55,134 nt of DNA, filler included, from Diploschistes diacapsis (GCA_023645945.1; 4 parts of 4 records of this genome joined end to end with filler, not necessarily neighbours in it); one strand, 5' to 3'. Positions 1 to 13,757 are shown, counted from the first letter of the whole stretch. A program made the numbers and translations. The notes: generated by a model not told the origin, from the letters alone.

Positions 1-1031
1 TCTGGGCGGTGAATGGACGGGGGGCCCTCAGGAGAACGAACTCCTTTAAGTTTTTCTTTAAAAAAATAAAAATACTTTTGGTATCTTCATGGAATGCATA
101 GTCTTCATCTGCAAGAGGCTTGAACACTGCACTGCACTTCTACTTGGATCGGGAGCGGCTCAATCAACGGCAGAAGAAGGCCAGAGTTTACCCTTCAGTT
201 CCCTTCCATTCCTTCTTTTTTCCCCCCCGAGTCCTAAATACAAAGTGTATGAAAAGAAGGTGAAAAGAAAGTCGTCCTGCCACATACAACACGTGACTGT
301 GTTAAAAAAAAAAGCCAAGCGCTTCAGTAAGTAAGTTCGTTGGTAAGTCATTCATAAGCAAAAGGCAAAATTAGATTTCCGGTTCATTCCCCCCTTTCCA
401 ATCTCCTGTTTGCCCGAACCAATCATTTTCAAGACGGTATTTTCTCCCTAGTTTCGTAGCTTCCAGATTCAACATCAAGTCATATTGGCGTCGTGTGTTC
501 GTTAAATTCGTTGCGCATCTCACATACAGTAAGAATTCGCAGGGCCGGTAGCTTCCCATTCACCCAGTGGCTTCCTTCCCCTTGATTTTCCAACATCCCC
601 TATGGCGGAAATCCTAATCCAACCAAGCCGGCGTTATTTGAGAACCGAAAATTATGTTAACGAGTGACGATTGCTCTTCGAAATTCCCAGCCCCTATACC
701 TTGCACCCTTCTCTAGAGATTTGGAGATGCATGAGTTTTGGCTGCGTAACCAGCTCTCTTCGTTCATCCCAGAGTCAAAGGCTGCGAAAACCGTCGAATG
801 CTCCTCATAAGAAAGAAGCGCTGCAGGAAATGGAGATTCGGTGATTTTCGTTTGTTGAAAACGCTGCTCAAACAACATCAGAGTGATACGATGGCCGTAC
901 CAGATACTTGGATCCCAACGCAAGGAACCAGGGACCAAAGGCTTCGTCAGAGAATGAGAACTGCGATTGAAACAGATGTTCGAAAGCGTCAAAGTACTGG
1001 CTCCGTCTCGCACAGATTCCGTACAACATTT

Positions 1032-1720
1032 TTATTCTTCCTTCAGGACGGATTTGATAGCGCGTTCCTCCATGTGCGTGGCTTGAGTCTCAAGTGATCT
1101 CGCCATGAGCCGTATCACTAGGATAGAGCAGGTCAGCCAAGACAGCCATTAACCGCAACAGAATATGCATTACTTACCAGGCCACACAGCAGACCTCTCA
1201 AGCATATAAGCCGTGACCATCAGGATCTTACTCCCATACCCCCGATTCTGCAGAGCGAGGGAGTCATTGCGAATGGCAAATCCAGCTGCATTTCCAGCAG
1301 TATTGGAGTCCACCGCCATCTTCAGCTCGATGCTCGTAAGGAACTCGTCGATCTTAGCAAAGAGGTCAATGTCTTCCTGATCGATTAGCATGATTCCAGG
1401 CACAGCCTCGAAATCAATCTGGTCCTTGCCGAGGATACCAAGATATCGACCCACACGCTCTTGTATAGTACATACCCATTCTGCAAGCAACTGGCCACAG
1501 TCGAAAGCACACATGGCTGAGGCTATTGGCAGCTCGCGCGAATTGAAATCTGCGAACGAGACGCCCAGCTTATCAGACACCGAGAGCGAGTTGGCCGCGT
1601 GGAAGGCTGCTTTTCTCAAGTGCCTTTCGCGCTTCATAGACTGTGCTTCCTGCGAGCGATTCGGACTCCCATTCGTGCTACCGTGATGAAGGTCCCTTGC
1701 AGCATCTTCGCCCGTGTGCT

Positions 1721-1768
<48 letters not shown>

Positions 1769-4693
1769 CCAGATCCATCGAAGAGTCGACCTCGTGGTCT
1801 GCGTGTTGAATTATTTCGGCACCTCTCGCAATCTCATTCGACATGTCGTCAAAGTCGCGACGCCAGAATGCTTCCTTTGAACGGCCGAGGTTAACAAAAA
1901 GGCGAACATACGCCAGATCCAATAGCGGTATGCTATCTGCCGATAGAGGTCCCATGCCAAATGGATTTGGTCTTTCCAGGCTATGGTGAGGATTGGCCGC
2001 CCATGCAGCTTGCCATGCGTTAAGCGCCGGCTCAATGTGAGCGTGCATAGCTTCTGTTTCTTGTGCCGTCCATTGCTTTCCTAGGTGCCGCTGGCGAGTC
2101 TCCCAAATGTAATTGTGTAGGGCGTTGATCAGCACGAGGCAGCCGAAAGTACTCACAGGGAATTCTGCATGCATGAGAGGCCCTCCGCCGAAAGATGACC
2201 GCGAGGAATGCGCAGTCAAGTGCAATGGATTTTGCGATTGGTAAGGCTGCCGCTGACTCGCGGTCAAAAGCCAGGCCAGCGCGTTCGTGAAGGAGACCGT
2301 TTTCGAGGCCGCGACCGCGCTACCTCCGAGCGCCAGCCAGGTCTCTGGAGAGTCTGCAGCCCAAAGATCCTCGTCGCAGGGAAGGTCTAACAATATTTCC
2401 GAATTCGTCAAGGCGGGCGAGTGGTTGTACGCCGAAACGAGCATGCTCGAAAGAACAAAGACGGCGTAAAGTGTACGCTTCCTCTCCTCCATCTCTTTCC
2501 AGGTACTCCAGTTCAAACCATCGGGTCCCGGAGCATTCCAATGATCGGCATGCTCGGCCGTTCCTTTGGGCGGTGTCGTGTGACTGGCAGGCTTCGCAAG
2601 TTCTGCAGCACGCGCTAGGCTAACGAGAGCTGCGCAGTGTGTGCTTGCAATGTCGGCAGACGTCTTATCTCCACAGTTGTGGCCGTAAATCACGTTCAAG
2701 AGCATTGCCTGCACTAACCAAAGCGGAGTGTTCTGGGCCGAACCGTCACCTGCGTTGGATCTGCCATTCATCGCAGCGGCCATATCGGCTTTGCGACGGT
2801 CCTCGAGGTAGAGCTGTATCATTTTCTTGGCCAGGTCGAAGAGCTCCTTCGACGCGGCGTTATCGTATTCGTAGAGGGCCCCGATGGCAGCCATGGCGAG
2901 CACGAGGCATCCACCGCCGCCAGAGATACCAGAAGCATGGTTCGGGGTCCCATCCTGAGCTCGGAGGCTGTTCGCATATGCAGGTGAATTGAAAGAAAGC
3001 GTAGGAATGTGCAGAAAAGGGAAATGTGGATGAAAATACTGTACATATGCAGATACATATCGTTGCAGATCATAGGTGCTGGGTAAAGAAACGCTGCCAA
3101 TGCTTCGTGATCTTGTGGCGGCGGGTTCCACCAACGGGGGTGAACTGCCCGGCGGGTTCGAATACTTCCGATAATGAAACGAAGAAGGTTGCGATAGGCT
3201 TGCGAGAAGGGCAGCGCGAGTAGCATCCGTGATCGAATCCGTACAGACGGACGTCACCGAGCTTTGCCGGTTACTGCTGCCGACAGAGGCCGCAGTCGTG
3301 GGCGTATCCGCACTGGGCATGAAGGGTATAGAATATGTCGAGGGGGGATAGAGGTGGTTCGAGGGAACGGATGATTGCATGCCGATGGAAGGATTCAAGA
3401 GATGGCTGTCTTCCACCGTCGTATCCATATACGCCGGCGAAAGAGCGTCCAGATTCATGTCATCCAACGTGGAAGCATGCATTTCCATCGAATAATCAGC
3501 GAGCATCGGCGCTTGAGAAAGCATCGAAGGCTGCCACGGAGCCGATGACTGAGTGTGCAAATTTGTCGCATCGGGCAAAATGTCCGCAACGCCGCCAGGG
3601 CTACCGGTGCTGACCGCAGATGGGGACGACTCGGCAATTGCCTGGTCGTTTCCCTCCCCAAAATTCATGGTGTTATCGAACCCTTCTATCCAATCGAAGC
3701 TGCCATCGGCCTCAACAAAGGGGCTCTGCATCACACCGAAATTCTGCTGGAACGGGGGAATGGGTGTATCGAAGGCCAAAGGATTGGGACGGTCGGTGAA
3801 ATGTAGCTGGGCGGGATTGATTGTATTTCCAGGACTGAACATGGGGTCAAGCCCATAATCTGGCGGGAACGCATGGAACGCAGGTGCAGTTCGCAGACTA
3901 CCTGGCATATCTACCGGCAAGCCATGTGTCTCGATCTTTGGAAGCCCTCGAGGTTGACGATGGTGGCCCATGGTCGCAGACATCCCCCTGAAGTCGAAAT
4001 TACCGGGACCAGGAAGCCCGCTCAGGCTCGGATGCTGGCTATGGCTCGGAGCTTGGCGCTTGTTTCGCGCTGCATTCGCAGTTGCCGTCGCCAGGAAACC
4101 TAGGCGTGCGCCATCGACATGGCTGATGGTGTTGGCCCTTGGACGCATGGACGTCGAACTCGAACCCTGGCTGACAGAGTTCTTGCGCACCCTCCCAGAT
4201 GCGGTCGTGCTGCTTGTGCTCTCCCGACGACCCGATCTTGGCCGTGACGCCGGTGTCGTTGACGAATGAAGCTTTTGCTGGTGTCGCAGCAGGAGGTCCC
4301 TCCTGGCAAAACATCTCGTGCATTCTGGACACTCAAACGGCTTTTCTTTGGTATGAGATCTTTCGTGCCGCTTCAGGTGCTCGAGTCGCGCAAATGCATG
4401 ACGGCAGGTAAGGCAGACATGAGGCCTGGGCTTATCAGTCTTCGGCGCGGGCCATTTGGCATCGCTTGCTTGTCCATTGTCCGCCGTCTTTGCCGCAACA
4501 GCGCCTATAACGACAATCAGTCGCTCAATTATGCTCACACGCCGCGACTGATGGGGCGAGAGAGTTTGGTAGAAGGAAATGATATCAGCATACCTCTTGC
4601 TCCGGGGGGGCTGCTTCCGTCATTAGTAGTCTTATTCTCGAAAGACCCATTCCCCAAGTCTTCGCCCAACTGTTCCACTACGATTTCGGTCAT
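1032..4693 (-). CDS. C2H2 zinc-finger transcription factor with fungal-specific TF domain (Adr1/AmdX-like)
   Basis: Two tandem C2H2 fingers ([53 protein letters not shown]) and a fungal TF domain ([13 protein letters not shown]...[11 protein letters not shown]...LPCDEDLW). ATG at 4693. Introns 4593-4505 (GTATGC..TTATAG) and 1177-1118 (GTAAGT..CCTAG) keep the frame. Last exon [28 protein letters not shown] ends at the stop at 1032. Confidence 0.92.
1724..1767. repeat. (GCA)n microsatellite encoding a poly-Ala tract in the TF
   Basis: About 14 perfect trinucleotide units, read as the [20 protein letters not shown] segment on the minus strand. Confidence 0.95.
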
Positions 4694-5992
4694 AACGCGG
4701 TAAAGATGCCTCTTGCAATCAAGTGTGGGAAGCTAAATCAAATCAGTGGGCCCAGAGGTCGGCGACTAGCAGGTGGAGATTGTAGTGAAGCAGCATAGGG
4801 TGTATTTTGGGCTAGAAGACCAGCTTAAATTTGAGAGTGCTCCGAGAAACTGTAGGACTACTGCAAAGAGCTATTGTCAGCGACCGAGATGGTGCAGAGA
4901 GACTTCGAGACAGCTGCTGAATCCTGACTCGGAAATGGCATGCAGTGTGTGGGGATTAGGGGATAGTGCAGCTTCTCAAACAACGGAGCCCTGTACACGA
5001 GCAACCAGTAACATTGACTATTCTCATGGTTCTGCACGGCCGAAGCGATGCAGACCGTTCGGAAGAGGGAAGGTCGAGGACACCGCTTCTGAGCAGCTGC
5101 ACGTACCCGGGTTGGATTATTGAGAGCCATTGACTGCCGTCAAAATGTTGCGACTTATATTCAATATAGACCCGATAGCTTGGGCCGTTTAGAATGACAG
5201 TCGACTATCAGGCAGGCGGGCGGGAGCGGTGATCGGCAGGAAATGAATGTACCTACGATGCAAACAAGGAAACGACCTCGTTCGACCACCGCCGGGCAAA
5301 TGGGAAAGCGCAACTGGTGTGGCAAAGAGTATTTGCTATGTACGGATTTCTGTGTTGATTGTCGAGACCTCTTTCTCTCTCTGAAGATGTTAGCTATGAG
5401 TGGCAAGTTTCTTTATGGAGTCGGCAACTCGTTGTACACTCGCTAGAATTCAGAATTCAGCTCACCCAAGTGAAGCCCTGTGGGACACACGATACTGTTC
5501 TGGACGGGAAGGTCTCCGCGTTCCAATTGAAAACGCCAATCCTCGATAAGAGTGAAAGACAGTTTAGAGAGAGCGGGAGAAGTCTATTCGATTGACAGTT
5601 GAATTCGACGTCACGCGAAAGAGAATTTGAGAGGCAGAACGACAGGCTCGGTTAAAGGTGGGATGAGAGGTATAATAGTAGCAGTAGTAGGTAGTAGATG
5701 ATGGCCCTGGGTGAGTTGGCCGGATTTCGGGTCGCAAGTCAGGTGCTCTGCTAGGAATCTTATTCTTTCTGTACGGCATTGATACAACCCAGGGAATAAA
5801 CTAATACTAGTAGTGGAATAATCATTTCTGGGGAAGAGACGGGAACTTTTACCTTTGCTCAGTACGAACAGCTAAGAGCTCCTGCAAGAGTCTGCCACTA
5901 GTAGTGCGATGGGCGACTGCGCCTAGCTCTATTATCCTGCATTCTAATGCTACCAAGCCGTGCATAGTATAGGAGGGTAGGTAAGGTAGGGG

Positions 5993-6073
5993 GACTGCAC
6001 GACTGCACTGCACGACTGCGCGACTGCACTGCGCGACTGCACGACTGCACGACTGCACGACTGCAAAGACTGC
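5993..6073. repeat. GACTGC(A/G)C 8-bp tandem repeat upstream of the TF
   Basis: gactgcac gactgcactgcac gactgcgc gactgcactgcgc gactgcac gactgcac gactgcac gactgcaaa gactgc. Confidence 0.9.
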
Positions 6074-7736
6074 CACTGGCCTGGAAGTCCAGCCGCGACG
6101 ATTATGCGTCCAACAACGTCAAAGATAGGTATGAAGCTTGGGAGCCCACAGTATCCCACAGTAACCCACGAGTCTCTCGCTCGTGGGAGCAGCAAGCCCG
6201 GCCACAAAGCCCTGGACTCGGTGCTCTACCGGAATTCGCCCTGTAATCCACGCCTGCCTACAGCACTCTCTACCAGACTGCCCCAGAAGATGCAACAGAC
6301 ACAACGTGGTCATCTGTGTCAAAAGCGAAAGACACATAGCCAGGCACAAAACAGAGTCCACGGACAGTTGACCGGCAAAGCAGGATAGGGGGTAGATCTC
6401 TGCCCAAGGCATGGGCTTATGCAACGGCCGTCTGCTCTCTCTCTTCCTACACATGCAATTCGGGTGACTGGATGCTACAGCAAATAAATCTAGCAGCGCC
6501 GGCTCCTGATCGGAGAGTCGTTTAGACAAGAGTATTCTTCCCTTTGACGATGCTGTCTCCTACGAAACAGTGGATATGGCGGGGCGCTTTTTTGCTGGGG
6601 TATGGGGAATTCCGCAGATTTTCGCCATCCACCGGTGCCACCCTTTTTCTTTCCTTCGCCGTTTCCATCCATAAAACTGCCTCTACTGCAGAACTGCAGA
6701 GCCGGGGTCAAGGTTGATGCTCTAATCCCTCGTTAGTGCTGCTTACTAGTCCATGACACTCGAAGCTGATTGACCAGCTTGCGCAAGCAATGTTACCAAC
6801 AACGCGCAGCATGCAGTGTTTGGTGGAGCTCCAAAGCCTGCGCTTCTTCTTTTTGGAACCGTACTAGTCTTGATAAAGTCCCACGGTCAGAAGCTGGAGC
6901 GGCGCAATCGAAGTATCTTATAGGTCGGAGCTTAAGGAACTCGAATTAAGAAGAAAGGGGCATTGTCGACAAATCTCGTAGCGTGCCTAACTATCTCGTA
7001 AGTAGGCTAGCACTTATTGACGGCCTCCACGACGTTAAACTAGCCTGTGATTAGCGTCGCTGCTTGATCCCTGTGGCGGAGGTGTTATTTGGCCTTCCTT
7101 CTAAATAGGACAGAGCACTGACCCAAGTATCCGGCCCCTCTCCGGCTGGAGAGTTACAGCGAGCCTCAAAACAGCATTAGCTCCATCGTATTTTCCGCTT
7201 GCTGCCCGCATAGAGTACCATCAGGCGTGCATAGATACAAAGACTACGCGCAGTTGATACAGGTAAAGATCAAGCCATGCAACGAGCGGGATGATGAGCT
7301 TGTTAAGTTAGAATCCGCTCTTTGCTGCAGGATCCAAAGGAACCAACCAATCTTAGCATGCAAAAGAAAGCTTTGGAGAAAATTTGGCAGCAAGAACTGT
7401 CAAGGCTTTTCTTATTGGTGTTAAGGCGAAACGATTAACCGATCGCCGTTTTAGCAATGGGATAGTCAGTAGATGGAAAGCTCGCCGGGGAGCATCTGCC
7501 AGTAGGCATGTCGGGCTATAACATGTCAGAACAACGCCAAAGCCTTTTGTTAATATTCCCCAGATTTTCAGCCCAAACAGGCCTAGGCTAGTGCTGAAGC
7601 CAAGATTCGAAGTGAGGTTGCGTGGGGGAACACCATTTTTCCCCAAAGAAAATTTTTTTGATCGTCCACTTTACAACTTCGGCTGTGCTGATCTGATCTC
7701 CTATTTGCTGCAGACTGACCCGCGTTCTTGTTCAAA

Positions 7737-9215
7737 ATGAGTAAACCTATTACGAATGAGATGTTGAGGACAGCTTTTGATGAATTCTTCGTCAATTCTG
7801 CGACTAGTGAAACAGATCGAGAGAAGTTGCTTGCCTATCTCACAGCCACTCCGCACCGTGAACCTGCAGTGAGCTATATCACAGAAGCAGAGGCTCGGAT
7901 TGCGCTAGCTACGGAATTCCGTACGCTGATAGAGCAGAAGCGTCGTGGAGATGGTTTATTTACCACGATTTTCTGGGCTATTCTTTTTGTTGCGCCTTTG
8001 GAACGACTCCGTCAGCTTTACGACTCATTCAAGGTAGACAAGGGATCAGGTCAAATGATGCTGATGATGGGCATGTCACGTATTACAATTGGGTTGTTGA
8101 AGCACTGTAAGAAACACTTGTTTCAAATTTCTCAAAAGCTCTTTCTAACAAAGCAAATACTAGTCCTCAACAAACCAATGAGTGATTCCGATTATGGTCT
8201 GTATGAAGAGCCGCCCGTCCCGAAAAAGAGAAAGACAGTCACCAGCGATACCGCCTCCAGCGCCAGCACTAGCACCAGCAAAGAAATGAGCAAGGGCAAG
8301 AAGCCCGAGCAGGTACCTGACCAGCCAGCGACGTATCGCAGCGCCAAGGAAGCCGACAAGGTAAGCATTGTTAAACTTCTGTGAAAACTGAGCACTAACA
8401 GTGAACAGGCACGTCTCCGGGACAACTCGCAATGCATCGTGACCGGGAGCGCGATAGTAGATACGTGCCACATATGGCCATTTGCTTCGAAGAACGTAAA
8501 GTGGACGAAACGTCAGACTCTCCTGGATGCACTGGGAGCAGTATATGCCAGTGAGCAACTGCAACAATGGGTGCAGAAGTTGTCTCCCGAGGGAGAGGTG
8601 ATTGATCGGGCGAGCAATATGCTGACCCTCAACCCAATCCTGCATCGTCTTTGGGGGAAGGCGTTGATTGGGTTTGAGCCTCTCGAGCGAATACCCAATG
8701 GCATAACCATGCGGTTCTGGTGGTTACAACGCACAGGCATGAGATTGTCCGACCGCAACATCGATATCACCGCAGATCCTGCCACCTTGTTCCATCAATC
8801 AAACGAGCCCGGACACATATCAATGGTAGATTTTGGGACCTGCCGGCCAATATGCAGTGGTGATGTGATCACTGTGACAGCACAGGAACCAGCGGATGTC
8901 CCTGACTTTGAAATTCTTCAACTGCAATGGGATTTGTTAAGAATGACTGCGCTGACTGGGGCTGCGGAGGATGCGGAAGACGATGAGGATGATGATGATG
9001 ATGATGATGACGATGAAGACAGAGGGTTAACCCCTGTTCTTAGAGACATAACTTCGATCATGCCGACACCCAACCGACCGACACCTTCGACGAGCCCATC
9101 TAGGAAAGAGCCCGGTTCCAGTCTCTCTTCTAGACACTCAAGCCCAGGGAAGGGTATTACAAGTCCGAGAAGGGGAGAGAACATACCACTTCGCCGCCAC
9201 GTCCAAGGGCAGTGA
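7737..9215 (+). CDS. Fungal HNH endonuclease-domain protein (HNH_2-like)
   Basis: ATG at 7737. Introns 8107-8163 (GTAAGA..CTAAC..TAG) and 8361-8408 (GTAAGC..CTAAC..CAG) join the two ORFs. Motifs ARLRDNSQCIVTG...DTCHIWPF...ASNMLTLNPILHRLWG and LQLQWDLLRMTALTGAAE plus an acidic tract are typical of fungal HNH proteins. Confidence 0.85.
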
Positions 9216-10418
9216 AGAGAGGATGCCATTGTCACGCTGCCTTTGGACCCGTCGGGACGACATAGGTATGAATGAAATCAGAATGCTATTATGGGATTCA
9301 CCTCCAGACTCAATCTGTCAATACTGTCCCGGCCAGATCTTTGGCATGGGTACCGTGCGAGAGGCGCGAAACCGAAGCCGAAACAACGCCCAAGGTCGGG
9401 AAGCTCTGCAATAGGACATTATGTCACGGCAGCAGCTCAACTCAGAGCAGCATACTTAATCTACCAAAGAATTGTGCTTTAGAATCTTTGTGCTCTGGGG
9501 CTGGAACACTGGTGCAGGGTATGAAATATTAGTAGTACGGATGTGCCCGTTGCATGCGAATCCGGTGGGCGAGGCGAGTTTGTGGGATGGAGAAGCGAGG
9601 ATCCGTGATCAGACCACAAGGAAGGAATCAAAGGGTTCTTCAACGCTGCGGCTGTGTGTATCTACCCAAGACTGCAGAGCATGATGTTGTTGCTGTTGTT
9701 GCTGTTGTTGCTGTTGTTCTCCTGTGCTACAAGCCTACAACCTGCAAAGAAGCCAAATTACTAGGTAGTTTCTAGAGAAAGACTTAGCCTCCGTCTGACG
9801 ACAGCTGCAATACCTGAAACGGGACGGCTGTTGGCCCTTTTTCATGTGTGAGGTGATGATGCTGCTTCAATAATAATGGCCAACGACAAATGCCATGAAA
9901 TGCTAGTAATGGCTGGGAGTTGTGCCTCCTCGAAAACACTCCACTCGCCGCGTGGAGGCGCGGATCAGTTCTTCGGCACAAGCGTTCTAACGTCGCATTT
10001 ACACATGGAACCGCCATCACTACGAAATCCCGCGCTCGAGTTATGCCTAGATACTATTACCAGCGAGGCATACCTTTCACCACTTTCAGTCGGCCACCTT
10101 CATCCTGAAACCTCACTGAACCTTAGCCGCACGACTTTGAACCAGCTGGGTCTAAAGATGCCCTTTTAAGCTTCATTGAACTTCTCTCGGCTATGAACCG
10201 GAAGACTCAGGCCCCTGTACGCCTCGGCTGATATATGTTCACCATGTTCACATTCTCAGGCGAATATATATCTATCGTCTAGCCCCTCTCATCACCACAG
10301 CATATCCAGACCAAGGGAGGTAGCATGCTGCCTGACCTCTGAGAACAGCCTAGAGGTGCCCCACTTACGAAATAGATCCGCATGTCACAGGCTGGAGACT
10401 GCTCCTGCTTCTGTGCTG

Positions 10419-12486
10419 ATGGCGATGTACTCACATCACCCGCCGGATATTCAGCCCGCGACCATGATACCAACTGTCTATTCGCCATATACGCCCAATT
10501 ACCATGAATACCAGGAACATGATGACGAGGGGTTGGGAATTGACCTGACGCAGCTTCCTCTCAATCTGCTTGTGCTGATAATTTCCTATGTAAGACTGCT
10601 CGCTCTCTCAGTTGTTGGCAGATTTGCTGTTCCCAGCTGCTTCGATTTGTGCAGCCTATTTGGTGTACTTGGCTGACATATGTGCTTTCCCAAGCTCTCC
10701 GACTCGAAGGATCTTGCGCGCGCCTGCCGAACCTGCCGAAAGCTCTACTACGTGTGTCTGCCCAATCTATACACTTGCGTCAAACTTAATTCTTACGACC
10801 ACGTCCGTTTCTCGAGCGAAACAGCGCGAGCGGAAGGATGCGGCGGAGGCAGCCCGTTCGCAATGGGCTTGAATTCTTTGATAACCCTTCCGGTAGCACA
10901 ATACGTTAGATCATTTGAGGTTGCTGGCAAATACAAAGAGATGGGCGTCGAGGATCATGCGAAGCTCGGTAGGGTATCGGACGGAGGCATGATGGTCAAC
11001 ATCTTGGTCAGAACTGTGCTCGATCGGATGACCAAGCTAGAGAGCTTTGCGTAAGTGCGCAATCTATTCTAAATGGCTGGAAGTGCACCTTGCGAATTTA
11101 ACACGTCGCAGGTGGAACTTGAATATTAAGATGCTCGCGATCGTGTGGGACGCACTCGCCGCGAGCAAAACACTCCGATCCTTAACTCTCAAGTGTCCAA
11201 CTGAGCGGGTTCCGGCCCCTGTCCACAATGCTCCCAGCATGCCAAGTCTAAAATCCCTAACCATAACGCATATCGATCCTTTGTGTTATCCCGATAACTT
11301 CCAGGCACTCCTCAACACGTCTCTCGCTATCGAGCATCTGAAAATGCAATGGAGCCCGCGAATGAGGAGAGAACGCGAAACCAGCGTGAATTTCAATGCT
11401 TATTTTGGGCAGATATGCGCATCCAATCAGAAGATGCGCCTCAAGACGATCGCAATGCAGAATCTGTATTCGATTGGACACGTAGGGAATTTCCTAGGCA
11501 TGTATGATCCAGCGTACTTGGAGACGATGACGGCAATCGATGCGACGGGAGGCGCCGATGATGAAGGGGATATGGTATTTGTTACCGAACCGCCAAGACA
11601 ACTAGCACCAATGCCAAAGCTGCGTATGCTGCGAGGCAATAAGGTTAGTACTTCGCATTGTGGACGACTAACGAAGATGCGTCCTCTACAAGAATACTAC
11701 CTCATCAGTGGCCGTGATCTGAAAGAGCCAGACACTCCTTCTTCCTCACGGACTGGCAGCATCGCCAGCCCCGGCAGTCAGATAAGTGCCAGCCACAGAG
11801 GTAGTCTCTGTGACGGTTCAAAAAGTGTAGGAGGGACACCGCAAAGTAATCCGGATACAACATCCTCTCCCGGCAGCATAAGTAATCCGTTTGCGGCTCC
11901 GACACCAGCTACAAACGCAACAGGCGATGCGGCCGTGACAACGCTGGGCCGGCAATATATGGACAGCATCTTCCGGTACCACGGCAGATCCCTAACTCAC
12001 CTCTTGCTGCTGCCTCAGTGGCGCCTGTCGGTGGATGACCTCAAGCAGCTAACCAGCAGCTGCATTTGTATGAGGGAATTGGGTTTGGGAGTGCTGAATC
12101 CGAGTTTCGAAACGCTGCAGCTCATCGTGCCCAACATGCCACACCTTCGAGCTTTGCGCATATTGGATCCTCCAAAGGAGCGGGCGCACACGGACGAGGT
12201 CACGGACGGGATCCAGACAGACAACGAGTGGTACGAGGAGAAGATAAGCGACCAGACATGGCAGTCAGGCTGGGACACCCTGCGGTGGCTGGGCCTGGGC
12301 AGCTTGGTATTTGAGCTCCTTGGACCCGAAAGGAGCCGCCCGCGCAGCTTCTCGAGCGTTTCGAACGACAGTCTGGACGACATGGACGCAGATTCCGACC
12401 AACGCAGAAGGGTAGCTAGGAGACCGCTCAGCGCTGTCAAGGAAGTGGCAATATGGAAGATGGATCAGAAGAAAATTGTCTTCTGA
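10419..12486 (+). CDS. F-box domain protein with a probable LRR/RNI-like C-terminus
   Basis: F-box-like LTQLPLNLLVLIISY|LSDSKDLARACRTCRKLYYVCLPNLY formed after removing intron 10590-10694. Second intron 11051-11111. Repeated LxxLxL segments downstream. The start codon is uncertain. Confidence 0.8.
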
Positions 12487-13609
12487 GCTCTCCAGGAGTT
12501 CTCCAGGACATGGAGGATCCATCATTCGGAAAAAGCCAGCCGGGTCTCAAGAAGTCAATCATCTGAACAGCCTGTTATGGATATCTACGGTCCATGCTGA
12601 GATGCACAACCGAAGTAATGACACGGTGAAGCTGCGGGTGGTCCTGGCATCTGATCCAGGCTCAAAAGTTGACAGAGCCTCGGCAGGGCATGCAGCACCA
12701 ACTGGAGGCTTGTGCAGGTTCACATTCCCTCGAGCAGCACGAGCCGCCGCTAGCGTGCAGGAGGCGGGTGATACAGCGGCGTGCGGCAGCGTCGGTGAAG
12801 GTGAAGCGTGCCGTAAGCAGAAGATTGCCATGAGCATGGACCAGCTGCATCTTACCTTATCGCTTGGTGGCTGTTTAGCCGCAGTGTCTTTCGAAACACC
12901 CGGGATCAACCTTCGAAGGGTGCATCCTCTGTGAGAGCAATGCGGAAAGCATTCTTGATCACACAGGGTATGTATTGTTATGAAGGTATTGGTTCAATAC
13001 TCAGATACAGCTTCTGTACGCAGCCTGAATGCATGGTCGTGATAGTCCATGTAGAATGCCAACCAAGTGGACAGAGCCTCGGTCTGCAAGAAGGGAAATT
13101 AGAATCGCAATCTTAACGTTGGCGATGTAGCATTCAACGAACTCGACACCCTACGATATTCTAAAAAGGGAGATGGTGGGGACGGCGCGAAGCAACGGTC
13201 GAGTAACATGTACAGCCCCCCGGGCCGCATTTGCATTTGCAGTGTCTCATCGCCTCTGTTCATCCTCAGAACTCTGGGGGAGGGTCATGCCGAAGCGAAG
13301 GAGGGTGAAGGGGAATGATGATTCGATCATGTGTTGTTTTGCGCACCAATATGTTGGGGTCAGCTATCTGAACGGAGACATTCTATATTGGTTTATGATC
13401 AAGTAGTGGCCCCACGATGCGCCGTTATCCGCTTAAACATCGTTGAACAAGCAAATAAAAGCAAGACAAACGATAGAGGCGTTGAATAGTGGGGAAGAAC
13501 AGTGGGGAAACAAGAGAAGAAAAGAAAGAATAGAGAAAAGGATGATGCCCAATGAATCACAATCACGTGACTGATGGACTTGATCTAATTAATCTCATTG
13601 AGAGTGGGA

Positions 13610-13757
13610 TAGTATTAATATAAGTATAGTATAGTGTAGTATAAGTATAGTATAAGTATGGTCTAGTATAAGTAGTAGAGTATAGTATAAGTATAGTATA
13701 GTATAAGTATAGTATAGTATAAGTATAGTATAGTATAAGTATAGTATAGTTATAAGT
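13610..13757. repeat. AT-rich (AGTAT/AGTATA)n simple repeat at the contig end
   Basis: tatagtatagtataagtatagtatag... runs into the N gap. Confidence 0.9.

Noticed and set aside
4505..4593. Micro-exon or stwintron in the first TF intron (internal CAG at 4548, GTGAGC at 4538)
   Set aside because: The second intron would be only 34 nt, and the nested-splicing route gives a poor donor and a frameshift. A single 89-nt intron fits.
9684..9718. (TGTTGTTGC)n repeat
   Set aside because: Ordinary short intergenic microsatellite.
6700..10300. Mobile-element boundaries around the HNH gene
   Set aside because: No convincing TIR, LTR, TSD or Helitron end found in either flank.
12476..12934. Overlapping 152-aa and 116-aa ORFs after the F-box gene
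   Set aside because: No recognisable motif or splice support. Likely chance ORFs.
13610..13757. Telomere repeat
   Set aside because: Not TTAGGG and the unit is irregular. It is a simple AT-rich repeat that broke the assembly.
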